The position numbers were made by a program, and so were the translations under genes. A stretch of 64,000 nucleotides of DNA from Octopus vulgaris. Taxonomy: Eukaryota. Below, piece after piece: positions 26,201 to 39,611 of this stretch; position 1 is the first letter of the stretch, and every line of letters begins with the position of its first letter. The notes below the pieces were generated by a model. It was given only the letters and a program-made list of their open reading frames with translations. It was not told where the DNA came from and searched no databases. The stretch is taken from NCBI GenBank assembly GCA_951406725.2, contig OX597826.1:79608001-79672000 (forward strand), written 5' to 3'.

Positions 26201-27085
26201 TGATCGATATATATCCTGAATAGCTGAATGGGTATGTATAATCTGTTGACGTCAATTGAATAGGAAATAGCGCTAGTTGAGTATAAATTCAAGTGCTTTG
26301 ATATTAAATGGGTTTCCTAGTCAATATACGAGATATGTTTTTGGTCGTCTATTTATTTCTACTTTTTAAATTCTATTTCTTTTATTGTAGGTTTTAAATG
26401 TGTTACTTCGTTTTTCGCTTTAGTAATGATTCGCTGAGTTTCGAAGGTTTTACGAGGAAGTCTCCCAGTTTTTACTAATGAATCGTGTATATCAGTGTAT
26501 AATATACTTCGCGTGTTCGTTTGTATAAATAACAAAAGAAACTGTCTTTAAAATAAAAAACGGGACTGTATTCCTTCCTGAAGTGGAACAGCGGATCAAA
26601 GCAAGAAGCATTCCAAGTTCTGTAGCTTGTTGTTCATCTCTCATTTTGATAATTCAGCCTGGATTGTCATTGGTTGCTTGGGCTCCGCTATATATCGATC
26701 CTCTTCTGGACAGCAGGATCTTCAGACTCGACACAATGTTAGCTCTTACTCCTCTGATTCGTAAATAATTTGTCGCATGATTTTATGGAGAAAAGGGGGC
26801 TGTAGGACACGTACAGTATTAGTAGTTTGAAACATATTATGCGGCGCAGCGTGATTGGATATGCGATACAGTTTCCACGCAACACTCAATTAATTATGAT
26901 ACGGGTCTCAATAAATATCAAATAACTCATGTGAATCGTCGTAATTTAATCAATCACAACAAATAAGCGTGGTGCGTCTGTATAAACCAAATTTTAAAGA
27001 ACAAAAATGTTCTTAAAAATGCACTAATACAAATTGGTCTCGTTACAAAAGGGTACCCAGTAAAGCCCCAATATTTATATTTATT

Positions 27086-27465
27086 AAGACGGCGAGCTGG
27101 CAGAAGCGTTAAGCACGCGGGACGAAATGCTTAGCGGTATTCCGTCGGTCTTTATGTTCTGAGTTCAAATTCTGCCGAGGTCGACTTTGCCTTTCATCCT
27201 TTCAGGGACGATAAATTAAGTGCCAGTTGCGTACTGGGGTCGATGTAATCGACTGGCCCCCTTTCCAAAAATTTCGGGCCTTGTGCCCAGAAGAAAAAAG
27301 AATATTCCAAGGCGGTGAGCTGGCAGAAACGTTAGCACGCCGGGCGGAATGCATATCGGTATTTCGTCAGTTTTTACGTTCTGAGTTCAAATTCCGCCCA
27401 GGTCGATTTTTACCTTTCATCCTTCCCAAAAATATCGGGCCTTGTGCCTAGAGTAGAAAAGAAAA
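27086..27465 (+). mobile_element. Two tandem SINE F2 copies
   Basis: aag(a/g)cgg(c/t)gagctggcagaa..gttagcacg..ttctgagttcaaatt.cgcc..ggtcga at 27086 and 27309. Confidence 0.9.
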
Positions 27466-27723
27466 GAATATTTATATTTATTCTTTAACCTCCAAAATCC
27501 AAGGCTATTGTATAATTCTAGTTGTTTTAAAACAGCGGTCTTTTTTTGCACCACAGACAAGTTCTGTGCAAGACAATCTTTCATGCACGTAACAAAACAC
27601 AATAAAGTGCATAATATATAATTTGATTATTACATACATAATACATATATTTTAGATAATATATATATTACACATGTAGTATATATACTATTTATGATTA
27701 TATATATATATATATTACATAAG

Positions 27724-28060
27724 GAGACCCTCTTCTGTCATGAATGACCATGGGATTGCACCTAGAAAGTTCCCCTCCGAGGCGCAAGTCCGGTTAAGGT
27801 TGTTTGTGGAAGGTTAGCAGTCGCCCATGCATACCGGTCTCCCCTCTCCACACCACCAATGTTATCCAAGGGAAGGGCAAAGGGGTCGATGCAGCTTGGC
27901 ACCAGTGATGTCGCAACTCATTTCTGCAGCTGAGTGAACTGGAGCAACGTGAAATAAAGTGTCTTGCTTAAGAACACAACACGCAGCCCGGTCCTGGAAT
28001 CGAACTCATTACCTCACGATCGTAAGCTCGACGCTCTAACCGCTGAGCCATGCGCCTTCA
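27724..28060 (-). mobile_element. tRNA-derived SINE, head B plus tail Z
   Basis: Minus strand gaaggcgcatggctcagcggttagagcgtcgagcttacgatcgtgagg..gagttcgattcc..gcaagacactttatttcacgttgctccag. Same head as 50318 but a different tail. Confidence 0.88.
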
Positions 28061-28765
28061 CATATTACACATATATTACATATATCATGCAAAGACGCTC
28101 TGCAAGCTGCGATGGTCAACAAAACAGAAATAAGCTTTCAAAATCTATTCTTGTAGTCGGACCGTTATCAAATGATCTGCAGCCAGGCACTGGTTTGTGA
28201 CCTAATGTTTCGGGATCCTTGTTGTACAGCCCGCATTATTTTTCCTTTGTTTTTCTGTTTGTCGGCCTCTGTCGCTCGTATTTGCTTACCATAGTATCTA
28301 TCACAATCTGACATATCTGTCTCCTTCCCTCGAGTTTTACTTTCGTTTATCCGCAACTTCTTAGTGTGTCGCTTTATTCCCTCAGTTTGAAATTCACCAG
28401 ACAACCCTAGCAGAATTCCTAACTTTTTCTCGTGGTTTTCTCACACCAAATTTACTTACTCGCCGTGAGAGAACAAAGGGTTCGTGGTTGTGGTGGAGGT
28501 GAGCAAATTACCTTCGCCAAAGGGTCTTTCGCCTTAATGACCATGATTTAATTTCTCATTCAAACGACATTTTCTCCGCCCAACACAACAAAACAAAATA
28601 TGAAAATAAAAGAAAAAAGTCTTCTGTATACATCATCACCCAACAGCCGGAAGGTAGCCAAATGGCTATTATAAATAACTAGATTGATAAACACAATAAG
28701 TGTGTGTGTGTATATATATACATGTATATGTGTTTATGCTTGTATGTATATATGTATGTACATAA

Positions 28766-28825
<60 letters not shown>

Positions 28826-28874
28826 AGCCATACTATATAATTATATATAATAATACATTACATAATATATATAC

Positions 28875-28906
<32 letters not shown>

Positions 28907-29034
28907 AGGAATCTGTATTCATAAAATTATATATAAATATATATACGTTTATATATATATATATATATATATTCAAAAGAGTATATATACATACACATAT
29001 ATAATGTATGCATAAATATATATATATACATATA

Positions 29035-29094
<60 letters not shown>

Positions 29095-30125
29095 TATGCA
29101 TGAATATATACATTATCCACACGTGTACACACACGTAGATAGAACTTCTTGTGTATGTGCTGGAACAGTTCCAAGTTGTGTTCATACAAGTGCAAGCTGA
29201 TAAGCTGATATTTTTTGCTTTTGCGTGGGGGAAAGTTTTAATATTTGGATATAAACCAAAATCCCATAGACATTTGCGCTGGAGTGTGACGGGCATTGAG
29301 GCAAATACTAAAAGTTAAGCATTCGTTTACAAATACTCGGACTGCGCCGCCGCCGCCGCCCTCCGCCGCACCGTCGCTGTCCTCAGCGTTGTTATGCTCT
29401 TATTGTTCTGTTGCTCCTACAGTTGGTGCTAACATCACCGTTGGTGCAGCTGCTCCTGTTACCGTTCGTGCTTATGTTGCTGGCGTTTCGTTCTTGTTTT
29501 GCAGTTCCATTCGTTTTCGTTTCCTCCACGAGACTATTTACAGCACAAACATCGCTGTCATTACATTACCACCCACCCACTTCTTTCGTGTTTTGCTTCA
29601 CCACCCTGGTTGTGTGTGTCAGGCTATTCCTGGCAGCACACGTGCTTCACTCCCGTCTCTCGAAATAAGAACGAGGTGGATGCCTGAAACGATCCTCATC
29701 AGCAGCAGATCATTCGAACAGAGCCGAGTATCCCAAAAGCTGTAGGCTTCCTTTTAATTTATTTATACCCGTGTTACAACATTTCTGCTAAAATAGTCTT
29801 TTTAGAGAAAAATTCTTTCGAAAATCAACTACGCGGCAGTTTTCAGTATCGCTAACTTTGCAAGAACAACATACCAATCACGAATCATGTATAATGAACC
29901 TCACCGCTTAAATTGCTGCTTGGGGTTGACAAGTCTGGAGCAATCTCGAGTATAACCAGCCGAAGTTGCAAAGATAATCTGGAGCTCGACTGAGGAAAGA
30001 AAACTCCGAATGACTCGACCTTGCTTTTCCTTGTCCCTTTTTGCATCATCTGTCTGGATGTTTTGTTGTCCCTTTTTCGTACCATCCAACTGTCTAGATG
30101 TTTTGCGTTCTTGTCCCATTTTTTT

Positions 30126-30197
30126 GTATATCAGCCGAAACGTTGTGTTAACAAACAAGACGAGGACAGATACCCGTCAATTGTAAATAATGTAATT
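30126..30197 (+). mobile_element. 5'-truncated hammerhead family A fragment
   Basis: gtatatcagccgaaacgttgtgttaacaaacaagacgaggacagata; only the 3' half of the ribozyme is present. Confidence 0.85.
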
Positions 30198-30202
30198 TTA
30201 AA

Positions 30203-30249
<47 letters not shown>

Positions 30250-30272
30250 GTCTTTCTGTGCAGCATTTTATG

Positions 30273-30329
<57 letters not shown>

Positions 30330-30333
30330 GTGT

Positions 30334-30385
<52 letters not shown>

Positions 30386-30489
30386 GTGTGTGTGTGTGCG
30401 TGTGTTTGCTCTGTTCTGAATTCAATTATTTGAAATTTTCCGAGGAAGGAAATGATTTCTAATTAAGATACAAAGCTCCGTCTTCACAT

Positions 30490-32110
30490 TATCAACTTGA
30501 AAAAGTCTTATATATTTTTACTATTCCTCTTACAAGTTGTATTAGTAAACATACGAATTAGCCGGTTGATTTCTTTCTCTGAAGACCCCAGCTTATCCAT
30601 ATTGCTACTCAGGTATTTACTTACAAAACCAAATGCACCTATTATCATTATTATGAATTTATAATCTGGATAGAGATACTGAGGATCTCGAAGCAGCCGT
30701 CCGCGGTTATCCTCTTGATTTTAGGATTTTCGAAGAGATATTCATCTGAGCAGGGTCGACGATTTCTATGATTGTACATACTTTACTCGTCTGTCGCAAA
30801 CAAAAGTCTCCGGCCTGTAATGTTTACACTTGACAGGAGTTTTGAAGGGAAAGGTCTATTAATATTCTTTGTGTTGATGCTTGTGTATGCATTCAATTAT
30901 CGGGAGATTCTCTATATTTATTCAAAGACATACATTTTTTGTTTTGTTTTGAATGGCATTGTATATTGGTTTTGCAAGAAGCCTTGTCGCCTCGGGAGGT
31001 AGTCCCTTGATGACATTTTTGAACGGCTGCTAATCCCGTGTGATGTCTTCCATAAGAATATGACAGAATCTACATTTTTGGTTGCATCTCGAGATCATCT
31101 CCAAAGACTTCGCTGTTTTTTTTTATTAGGTATTTCCTAGTCGCCTGCTATTCTTGGATTGCAAATGTATAACCTTCGAAGTGTGATGAGATGTAGCAGT
31201 CACGGTGCCAAGGGAAGGTTGTACGTCATGCCGATATTACTGTCTTCTTCAAGCCTTTGGATACCCATGCCTTGTCTTTTTTGGTATGCTGAGCGTTTCA
31301 GATCTAAGGCTTCTTTGACGTATGTAACTGCAGTTCTTATGGGGTTGTATATGAGGTAATCAGTCAAGTATCCAAAAAGTTGGAATCTACATAGGTATTG
31401 AAAATGCATTGCGGGATATTGTGTTGTAGTAGGTAAGAGTTCCGACTGTCATCTTTTTCTAAATCTGGTGTAATATTTTCGAGTTACCTTATTTTTATTC
31501 ACAGCACCATTCCATTATATGCTTTCATCAATACCTAAATATGTGCAGCATTCTTTGTGAGGAACATGGGAGATAGTGAGACCGTTGATGCACAGGTTTG
31601 ATGTATGAGAGACCGATTTTTCACGTTCAACAGTCAAATGTGAACATTTCTTTTGGCCAAATTCCATTCTTATATCAGCTGAAAATGTTTGGCATTCTTG
31701 ACGTTTTCCGCATAACTCTTTGGGTAATTTACAAAGAAATTACGGGTTACATTGGTGATTCTAGCAGTTACTGATCCTAGCATGTAGCCATTTGATTTTT
31801 TTGTTGCAAGAATGATAATGGATTTAACGCCAAACTGAACAGAATTACAGAAAGACTATCTCCTTGGAATATTCCCTTTGAAATATTTGTAACGTTAGAG
31901 ATGTTCCTTCTGCTCTCAGCAATGGGAAAATAGTTGCCCAGGTCTTTGTGAGTCTTTCAATAGCAACAATTAAGGTAGCAGGTACTTTGCGAAATAGAGA
32001 CACTTCAGTAGCCGTGAGAGAGAGGAACAGAGTCGTGTTCTTTCCTCTAAGCAAAGTCTTACTATCGCAAGGCTTCCTTTTTACTTCAGACAGTTTTGTT
32101 TATCAAAAGT
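30490..32110 (-). pseudogene. Degenerate R4/Dong-like (REL-endonuclease) non-LTR retrotransposon ORF
   Basis: Minus-strand fragments in expected order: DSVP..AKVPATLIVAIERLTKTW, GIFQGDSLSVILFSLALNPLSF, FSADIRMEFGQKKCSHL, TYLGIDE, KCRFCH..EDIT (CCHC), KCKHYRP, CTIIEI..QYLYPDYKF. Multiple frameshifts and stops. Confidence 0.85.
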
Positions 32111-32526
32111 TCAGAGCACCCCCGCACTCCACACTCCTTTCTTTCCACTTTACATTGCACATCAGCCACTATGTTGTTGGATTCATAATGAACCTGGATG
32201 GTCAGGGAAGGAATGTTTTTGGTCATAGGCCTAATCAATGAAAGCTTTCTTGAAGCCAAATATCATTAACAAGAAAATATTCACAAGAATCTATGTAAAT
32301 TGTCCTGGCAACGTTGCGAATATGTGAGAACGATAACAGGAAATTCTTTATCACAGAAAATTATGCTACAGAGACCAAAGATTGACCTTTAAATACTCGC
32401 CTGACTCTTAAATTACGACATTTGCTCTCGGGTATAAACACCCTTGCGTATTCCATGGTCATTGTTCTTAACAAAGCCATTCATTAGATGTATTCATATC
32501 ATTGCATGCTTACATATTATATACAC

Positions 32527-32576
<50 letters not shown>

Positions 32577-33274
32577 ATAAAGCTTTTAATAAGAATATGA
32601 CAAAAGGAACATCCAGAATAAAAAGAAGACATTCCTTTCTTTGAAGTCTGAGAATGGTAAAAGAGTAACAAAATAATATCTAAATAAATATCAAATAATC
32701 AAATAACGAAATAAAAATTATAATGGAAATCAATAATTTCATTTAATAATATCATATGCAATTAAATCCACCAAGAGAAAATAGAATTAAAAATAAGATA
32801 AAAAACAAACGTAATCCTGAATTAAAGAAAAATGGAAAAAAACGATACAATTAAAAAGATAAATAGAAAAGAAAAAATAAGAAACGAACAAAAGAAAATT
32901 TTCGTAAGGAAGCAAAAAGAAACTTATAAATAATTATAAACCTTTAAATATAATTATAATTATATTCTACGAAGAAGAGAAAAAATTAAAATTATCAAAT
33001 AATTAATTTTGCAATTCATTTTCAATTAAAATGCTTTTCTCTTGTTTCTTGCGAAAATAATTTGTTAACATTAATTATTTCTGTGAATAAGCAATCAGTA
33101 TCTTTTTTCGCGTGATTCTTATTTCCCTCTTATATCCGGTTCTGTGTTCTGTTTGTGCTTCATTTGTGACTTAAATACCATTTAATGGCGGGTACGCAGT
33201 GAACAAGGAACAACTATTATGCGAGTTAATTAACTTCAACTCCACAGTCACGATATTCATAAAGGTGTGCCTTA

Positions 33275-33342
<68 letters not shown>

Positions 33343-33384
33343 TACATAATATATAAATTTTATTATTATTTTACAGTTTACATA

Positions 33385-33587
33385 ATCATCGGTATATTAT
33401 TATTTCAATTTTAATATTTCTATTATATGTAATTTTCTAGATGGTGTAATTTAATCGTTCATCTTGAATTGATGAAAGGTATTTTTTCTAATTTATATAT
33501 ATATATGCATATATTATATTTTGTGAAATTTGATTTAGTGTTTCTAAATTGAATTTTTCCCTGTAAGTTAGGAATAATATTCCCTCA

Positions 33588-33590
<3 letters not shown>
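33385..33590 (+). repeat. AT-rich interspersed repeat, copy 2, running into (AAT)n
   Basis: Homologous to 16843-17050. Confidence 0.9.
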
Positions 33591-33651
<61 letters not shown>

Positions 33652-33672
33652 GTAATAATAATAATAATAATA

Positions 33673-33722
<50 letters not shown>

Positions 33723-33812
33723 TATTATTATTATTGTTATATATATATATACATATATATCTATGTATGTATGTATGTATGTATGTATGTATGTATGTAT
33801 GTATGTATGTAT
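33588..33812. repeat. (AAT)n-(ATT)n-(TA)n-(TATG)n compound microsatellite
   Basis: Direct reading. Confidence 0.97.
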
Positions 33813-34211
33813 ATGGGGCATATCTTGTCTGTTTTAACTTTAGAAACAAAGGAGGGAAACATTCCATCTGCATCTGTGCTTTGTTTCTATAATCTTATTT
33901 CTATTTTTCTCCTTTCCAGTTCCCAAGCTACTTGCTTGTGGTTAAAGACACCCACAAAACATGTCTGCACAGAACGAGAGAAGGCCTAATTCAGATCGAG
34001 GTTGAAATCCGGTTGTTGTCAAGACATCTGTTTTTAGTCACCTGTTTTATAGGACGACAGTCAGTTTTTTTTTTAAGATTTCTCTATAATTAATTTAGTT
34101 TATAAAAGTTTTTAAGGCTACTTTATTTGTCTATTTAATGTTTTATTATTTTCATCTGTATAGATACGTTCCGATCTTTTGCATCTTCTTCAGCGTAATT
34201 TCAATTTAAAG

Positions 34212-34355
34212 AGCAGGTGTGGCTGTACGATAAAGAGTTTGTTTCTCAACCGGTTCGTTCCGGCTCAATTCCCCTGTGTGGAAACTTGGGCAAATCTACT
34301 AAAGCCCCGGGCCGACTAGTCTTGTGGGTGGGCAAGGTAAACGCAAACTGAAAGA
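34212..34355 (+). mobile_element. Degenerate SINE F1 head
   Basis: gcaggtgtggctgt...cttgggcaaat...gccccgggccgac...gcaaactgaaagaa. Confidence 0.75.
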
Positions 34356-34429
34356 AACATACTCTGACATCTCTTATCCTCCACTCGCCCTAATACGCTG
34401 GTATTGTAACAAACACGCAGATTAAAAGT

Positions 34430-34895
<466 letters not shown>

Positions 34896-34971
34896 TTGAA
34901 AAAGAAAGAATAAAAGTTGATATAATTGTATGTATGTGTGTGTTGTACATTTGTAGATTCTAGTGTGTGCA

Positions 34972-35026
<55 letters not shown>

Positions 35027-35031
<5 letters not shown>

Positions 35032-35233
35032 TAATCCAAACAAGAAAGCACAAAAAATCCCACAACAACGCGACGACGTGGTACAAATATAGTATTATTG
35101 GATGCTCAAGAAAGAAGGAAAGAAGGAGGGTTTAAAGTTTCGAGCGGAGCTCTTCGTCGGAAACATAGGAGAAGGAAAGATCCAGAGAAGGGAAGACAGA
35201 GGAAAAAATCGCCAATGGTACACACGAGGTCAT
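35027..35233 (-). mobile_element. Hammerhead family B element (PLE pseudo-LTR-like) between (TA)n tracts
   Basis: Reverse-complement homolog of 51888-52086. Confidence 0.85.
35130..35164 (-). ncRNA. Minimal hammerhead variant, family B
   Basis: gttt CCGACGA A gagc tcc gctc GAAA CTTT aaac. Confidence 0.5.
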
Positions 35234-35887
35234 ATATATATATATGTATATGCATATGTATATATATACGTATATGTACATGCGCTTTACATTTGCATGT
35301 ACACACGCACATATATGGCTTAGACAATACAAACAAACCTATTTGTATTACTGAATTTTTTATGACACCGCGTGAGATAAATGTATTTTTACATCATACT
35401 TTTGTTTATTTTCATTTTCCCAGCTAATGTATTGAACTATGTCTAGAGGCCAAATAACAATTAATGAGATATATAGATTAAGGAAACAATGGAAAATGAA
35501 CGATTACTGCCACCAAAGTATATTTAGAATGCAAGAGTCATTAATTGGCTCTTTTCTTCGAAATTCTATAATGCTGTATATTTCTTCCTTCAATATTTAA
35601 CACAAGCGAAGCGGTGTATTACATTTACGCAACATCGCCTCACCAGCACGATACTGCATCGCTTCATTAGCTGCCATTATATGCATCTCAAGCGTAATTG
35701 AATCCCAGTTCGAAGCTGTGAATCATTGTCATATGCCACAGCAAATACTGGACACGTTCGATGACCCATGGCCAAGCGCTACATCTCCTTCTTTGTATTT
35801 TGTGGGGATTTTTCATTCTTTCTTGAACTCCGGTGGTGAGTGGTAGGACTCGATCCATGAAACGCAAGCTCTGTTCTCTTTATGCGA

Positions 35888-36110
35888 AGGTACGTGGCCT
35901 CCTGGCTGTGGTGTTCTACTCACGGTAGCAAAAACCTGGTTTCGACTCATTGAACGAGCAGCGAGTTGTGTTCTTGAGCAAAACACTTTATTTGCGTTTG
36001 TTCCAAGCCATCCGGCTGTAATTGGGCAACCCTGTAATGGACTTGGTCCTCATTCAGAGGGAACGCGATCTCGGTCACTTATACAGCATGGAACCTGGGC
36101 AACTGACCTT
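35888..36110 (+). mobile_element. Degenerate SINE with head B
   Basis: gaaggtacgtggcc...gtttcgactc...gttgtgttcttgagcaaaacactttattt. Confidence 0.6.
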
Positions 36111-36776
36111 TTAAGACCCAAGACTCGAAGCAGTAATGTCCAGTTCTCTATACTCCGCAGGAGAATAAATAAATAAATGGTAAAATAAAGAATTTATTAT
36201 ATTGAAGTTATCTGATTAGCAGACAAAGGGACCAGAAAGAATTATATGTTCCTTCGAGTTTTCAAACAATCTTTTTTATTTTATCACGTGATTCTAACAC
36301 TCAAAGAGACGAACTGTTTTCTTCTCTTTCAACAGGATTTGTATTCAGAACGTAAAGTGTACAATGCATTTTGTTTGGCGCGCCAACCGCAATAACAAGC
36401 GATGGCGAAGATAGCCATAGCACCAACGTCTCTCTTAGATACTACAGCATCGTCTCTATCATAAAACATTGAATGCGAACAGACTGTTCTCAATGATACA
36501 TTTTAGACGGCCATGACATACACGTCATACACAACCATTCTGTAAACTATTTGCGCTTGGTATTTTGATTATATTGGGAGAAACTTTAGTAAATACAATG
36601 ACTAATATCGTTCGATTTAAAAATAACCAACTTCAATAAATGTGAAATGACTCAACATATTTTTGGTGAGTTGCAAGAAAAAAAAATTAAATGAAGTTTG
36701 TGTCTGACGAAAACAATGGTATCTTTTGATCAGGTTGTTGAGTGCAAGACTCCTTATAACGTTTAAAGGTTTCGAG

Positions 36777-36965
36777 AAGGGCGGCAAGCTGCTAGAATCA
36801 CTACTGCGACATTTTTACGACCTTACCATCTGAGTTTAAATGCCAACTTTGCCTTTCATACTTTGGAGATCGATAAAATAAGTGCAAGTTGTGCACTGGG
36901 GTGTGCTGTAATAGCCTTGCACAATTACTCGCTCTCTACCAAGATTTCAAACCAATATCTACAAT
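36777..36965 (+). mobile_element. Degenerate SINE F2
   Basis: ggcggcaagctgctagaatc...aactttgcctttcatactttggagatcgataaaataagtgc. Confidence 0.7.
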
Positions 36966-37076
36966 TTCATTATATTGTACATGACTTCAAGCATCAACAT
37001 GGAACTTTTGCGTACCAGTAATACACTGTGGCCGATTAATCCAATTACAACTTTTACAAGATTGTTTTCAAATTTT

Positions 37077-37226
37077 GGCAGAAGGACACCAGTTTTGGGG
37101 AGGGGCGAAGTCTTGTATATCGACCTCAGGGCTCAACAGGTACGGATTTTGGGCAGAAGGACACCAGTTTTGGGGAGGGGCGAAGTCTTGTATATCGACC
37201 TCAGGGCTCAACAGGTACGGATTTTG
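37077..37226. repeat. Perfect 75-bp tandem duplication of a SINE F2 tail fragment
   Basis: ggcagaaggacacc...ggtacggattttg at 37077-37151 and 37152-37226. Confidence 0.95.
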
Positions 37227-37231
37227 TGGAT

Positions 37232-37645
37232 TTTGTCGGTTTCTAGCTCATCATTGTCCACCTTGGTCTCGGGTCTATCACGGGGCTGATTTTCAAGAGT
37301 AAAGTCGCCAGATCGGAACTTCTCAACTCATTGACGTACAGTGAAGTCATTCGCCACATCTGTACCAAACACCTCATTGATGTTTCGAGCTGTCTGGGAT
37401 GCATTGGTTCCACGATGGAACTCATATTCATAAACAACACAAATTTTTGATCCATCCATCAGTTCACAAAAGCTGGTTTACAAGAGAAAACTCACAATAT
37501 AATCAGACACCATGAATTGCATTTCGAAAAGTGATGATGTCATGTCTTCAATGTTGTAAAACAAAGAATTGACACGATAAAACATTAGTTAACGACTGTA
37601 AAACTTGGTGGATGAAAATCGGACATTTCATTCTTAATGAACTGA
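37232..37645 (-). mobile_element. mariner 5' fragment (TIR plus transposase N-terminal HTH)
   Basis: Minus strand MDGSKICVVYEYEFHRGTNASQTARNINEVFG..VRQ*VEKFRSGDFTLENQPRDRP. TIR tcagttcattaagaatgaaatgtccgatttt next to (TA)n. Confidence 0.85.
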
Positions 37646-37692
37646 TATATATATATATATATATAATAGATCAATAAATGGTGGGGTTGTGT

Positions 37693-37725
<33 letters not shown>

Positions 37726-37728
<3 letters not shown>

Positions 37729-39267
37729 AGTCAACCCATAAGTTCTGTCCGATTTTACGTTTTTAAAAAATGAATGAAATTTACTAGTATTTTAGGATGT
37801 CTAATGGAATTAAAAATTAATTTTATACGTTTGTGTACATTTAAACTAATTAAACATTATTTTACAGAATAATGCAATTAAAATTTCTTTGATTAAAACC
37901 TTTTCTAACATGTAAGTATCCAAAGAGCATTTAAGGCACATAATGCTTTATGAGTACAAAAAAGGAAACTCTGCAGCCGAAGCGACTCGAGACATGCACT
38001 CAATTTATGGGAAAGAAGGCTTGAATGAAAGAACTTGCAAAAGATGATTTGCAAAATTCAGAAGTGGAGATTTCAGCTTTGAAGATGAAGATCGAACAGG
38101 ATGTCCAGTTGAGTTTGATGATAAGCTCCTTGAGGCATTACTTGAAGAATATCCTGCATTGTCAGTTGAAGAATTGGCAATAAAGCTTATTTCAAACCAT
38201 ACAACTGTTCTCGTCATCTTCAACAATTAAACTTGGAAATGGGTGCCTCATGTATTGTCCGAAAGCAACCGCAATTCACGAGTTGACATCTGCTCATCTC
38301 TCCATTCTTGCGAACTAATTTCAACCTTATTGTATAGACTTTGAAGAAAAATGGATCTTCTATCGAAATGTTGAACGTCGTAAACAGTGGCTTGGTAAAA
38401 GGGAAAAAGCTCAACTACAACCGAGAAGGTAACTTCATGGGAAAAAGGTTCTTCTCTGTATCTGGTAATTTTGCAAAGGAGTAATTCACTTTGAATTGTT
38501 ACCACCTTATGCAACAATCAAGGCTCAAGTCTACTGTCAGTAATTAGAGCGTTTGAACCAAGATTTGAAGAAAAAAGACCCGCTTTAATTAATCTATTTC
38601 TTTACTACCCACAAGGGGCTACACACAGAGGGGACAAGCAATGACAGGCAAACGGATTAAGTCGATTATATCTACCCCAGTGCGTAACTGTTACTTATTT
38701 AATCGACCCCGAAAGGATTAAAGGCAAAGTTGACCTCGGCAGAATTTGAACTCAGAAGGTAGCGGCAGACGAAATACCGCTAAGCATTTCACCAAACGTG
38801 CTAACATTTCTGCCAGCTCGCCGCCTTGATTTAATTAATCGAAAACTCGCTTTAATTAATCGAAAGGGAGTGATGTTTCATCGGGACAATGCGCGACACC
38901 ACACTGCAAAGATCACATCACAGAAGATCGAAGAGCTAGGTTGGGAAAAAATTCCTCATCCACCTTATTCTCCCGCCCTTGCTCCTTCAGATTACCAGTT
39001 GTTTCGTAGTTTCAGAATCATTTCGTAGTACAGAATCATTTAGGTGACATAACTTTCTCAAGCCAGGAGAAGGTCGACACAGACATTTGAGAGTTCTTCG
39101 CTTTGAAACCAAAGCAGTTTTACATTGATAGGATTAAAGCGCTTGTAAATAGATGGAAAGAAGATAACCAGGGAAAGTAAATTGAGGATTAAATTTCAAT
39201 TAAATATAACATTTGATCACTTGTTTTCTTTATTCAAAATTCGGACAGAACGTATGGGATGATCTGA
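37726..39267 (+). mobile_element. Full-length degenerate mariner (DD34D) transposon
   Basis: TIRs tcaagtcaacccataagttctgtccgatttt / aaaattcggacagaacgtatgggatgatctga inside (TA)n. Translation KEHLRHIMLYEYKKGNSAAEATR..FAKFRSGDFSFED..WVPH..FHRDNARHH..HPPYSPALAPSDYQLF with stops and frameshifts. Confidence 0.93.
38596..38828 (-). mobile_element. SINE F2 (q-tail) inserted in the mariner
   Basis: Full head-to-tail copy, flanked by duplicated tttaattaatc. Confidence 0.9.
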
Positions 39268-39420
39268 TATATATATATATATATAGGAGATAATGGTGTC
39301 ATTGAGACCCAAAGGTGTCATGTAATGCTGAATAAGTGCTATAGACAGACCATAGTTAAGTTCCAGATTCGGTAATATTGCAAATAAAGGGTTCAACGTT
39401 TGTTCTATGTCAACTTGTGT

Positions 39421-39610
39421 ATGTATGAATTTTTCGTGTAATGAGATAAAAAAAAACCCAAGGCTGTATAGATATTAGAGCATTTATAGATAGAAGGCTT
39501 TTATAGCATTTATATTCTAGAAACAGATGTAAGACCTTCTATCTATAAATGCTCCAATATCTATACAGCCTTGGTTTTTTTTTATCTCATTACGCAAAAA
39601 ATTCATATAT
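39421..39610. repeat. Imperfect inverted repeat (~77-bp arms, 37-nt spacer)
   Basis: atgaattttt..taatgagataaaa..ccaaggctgtatagatatt.gagcatttatagatagaagg versus its reverse complement at 39535-39610. Confidence 0.92.
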
Positions 39611-39611
39611 A

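Noticed and set aside
29660-29710. CTGATGAG on the minus strand as a hammerhead core
   Set aside because: No GAAA follows a closable stem II and no stem I forms.
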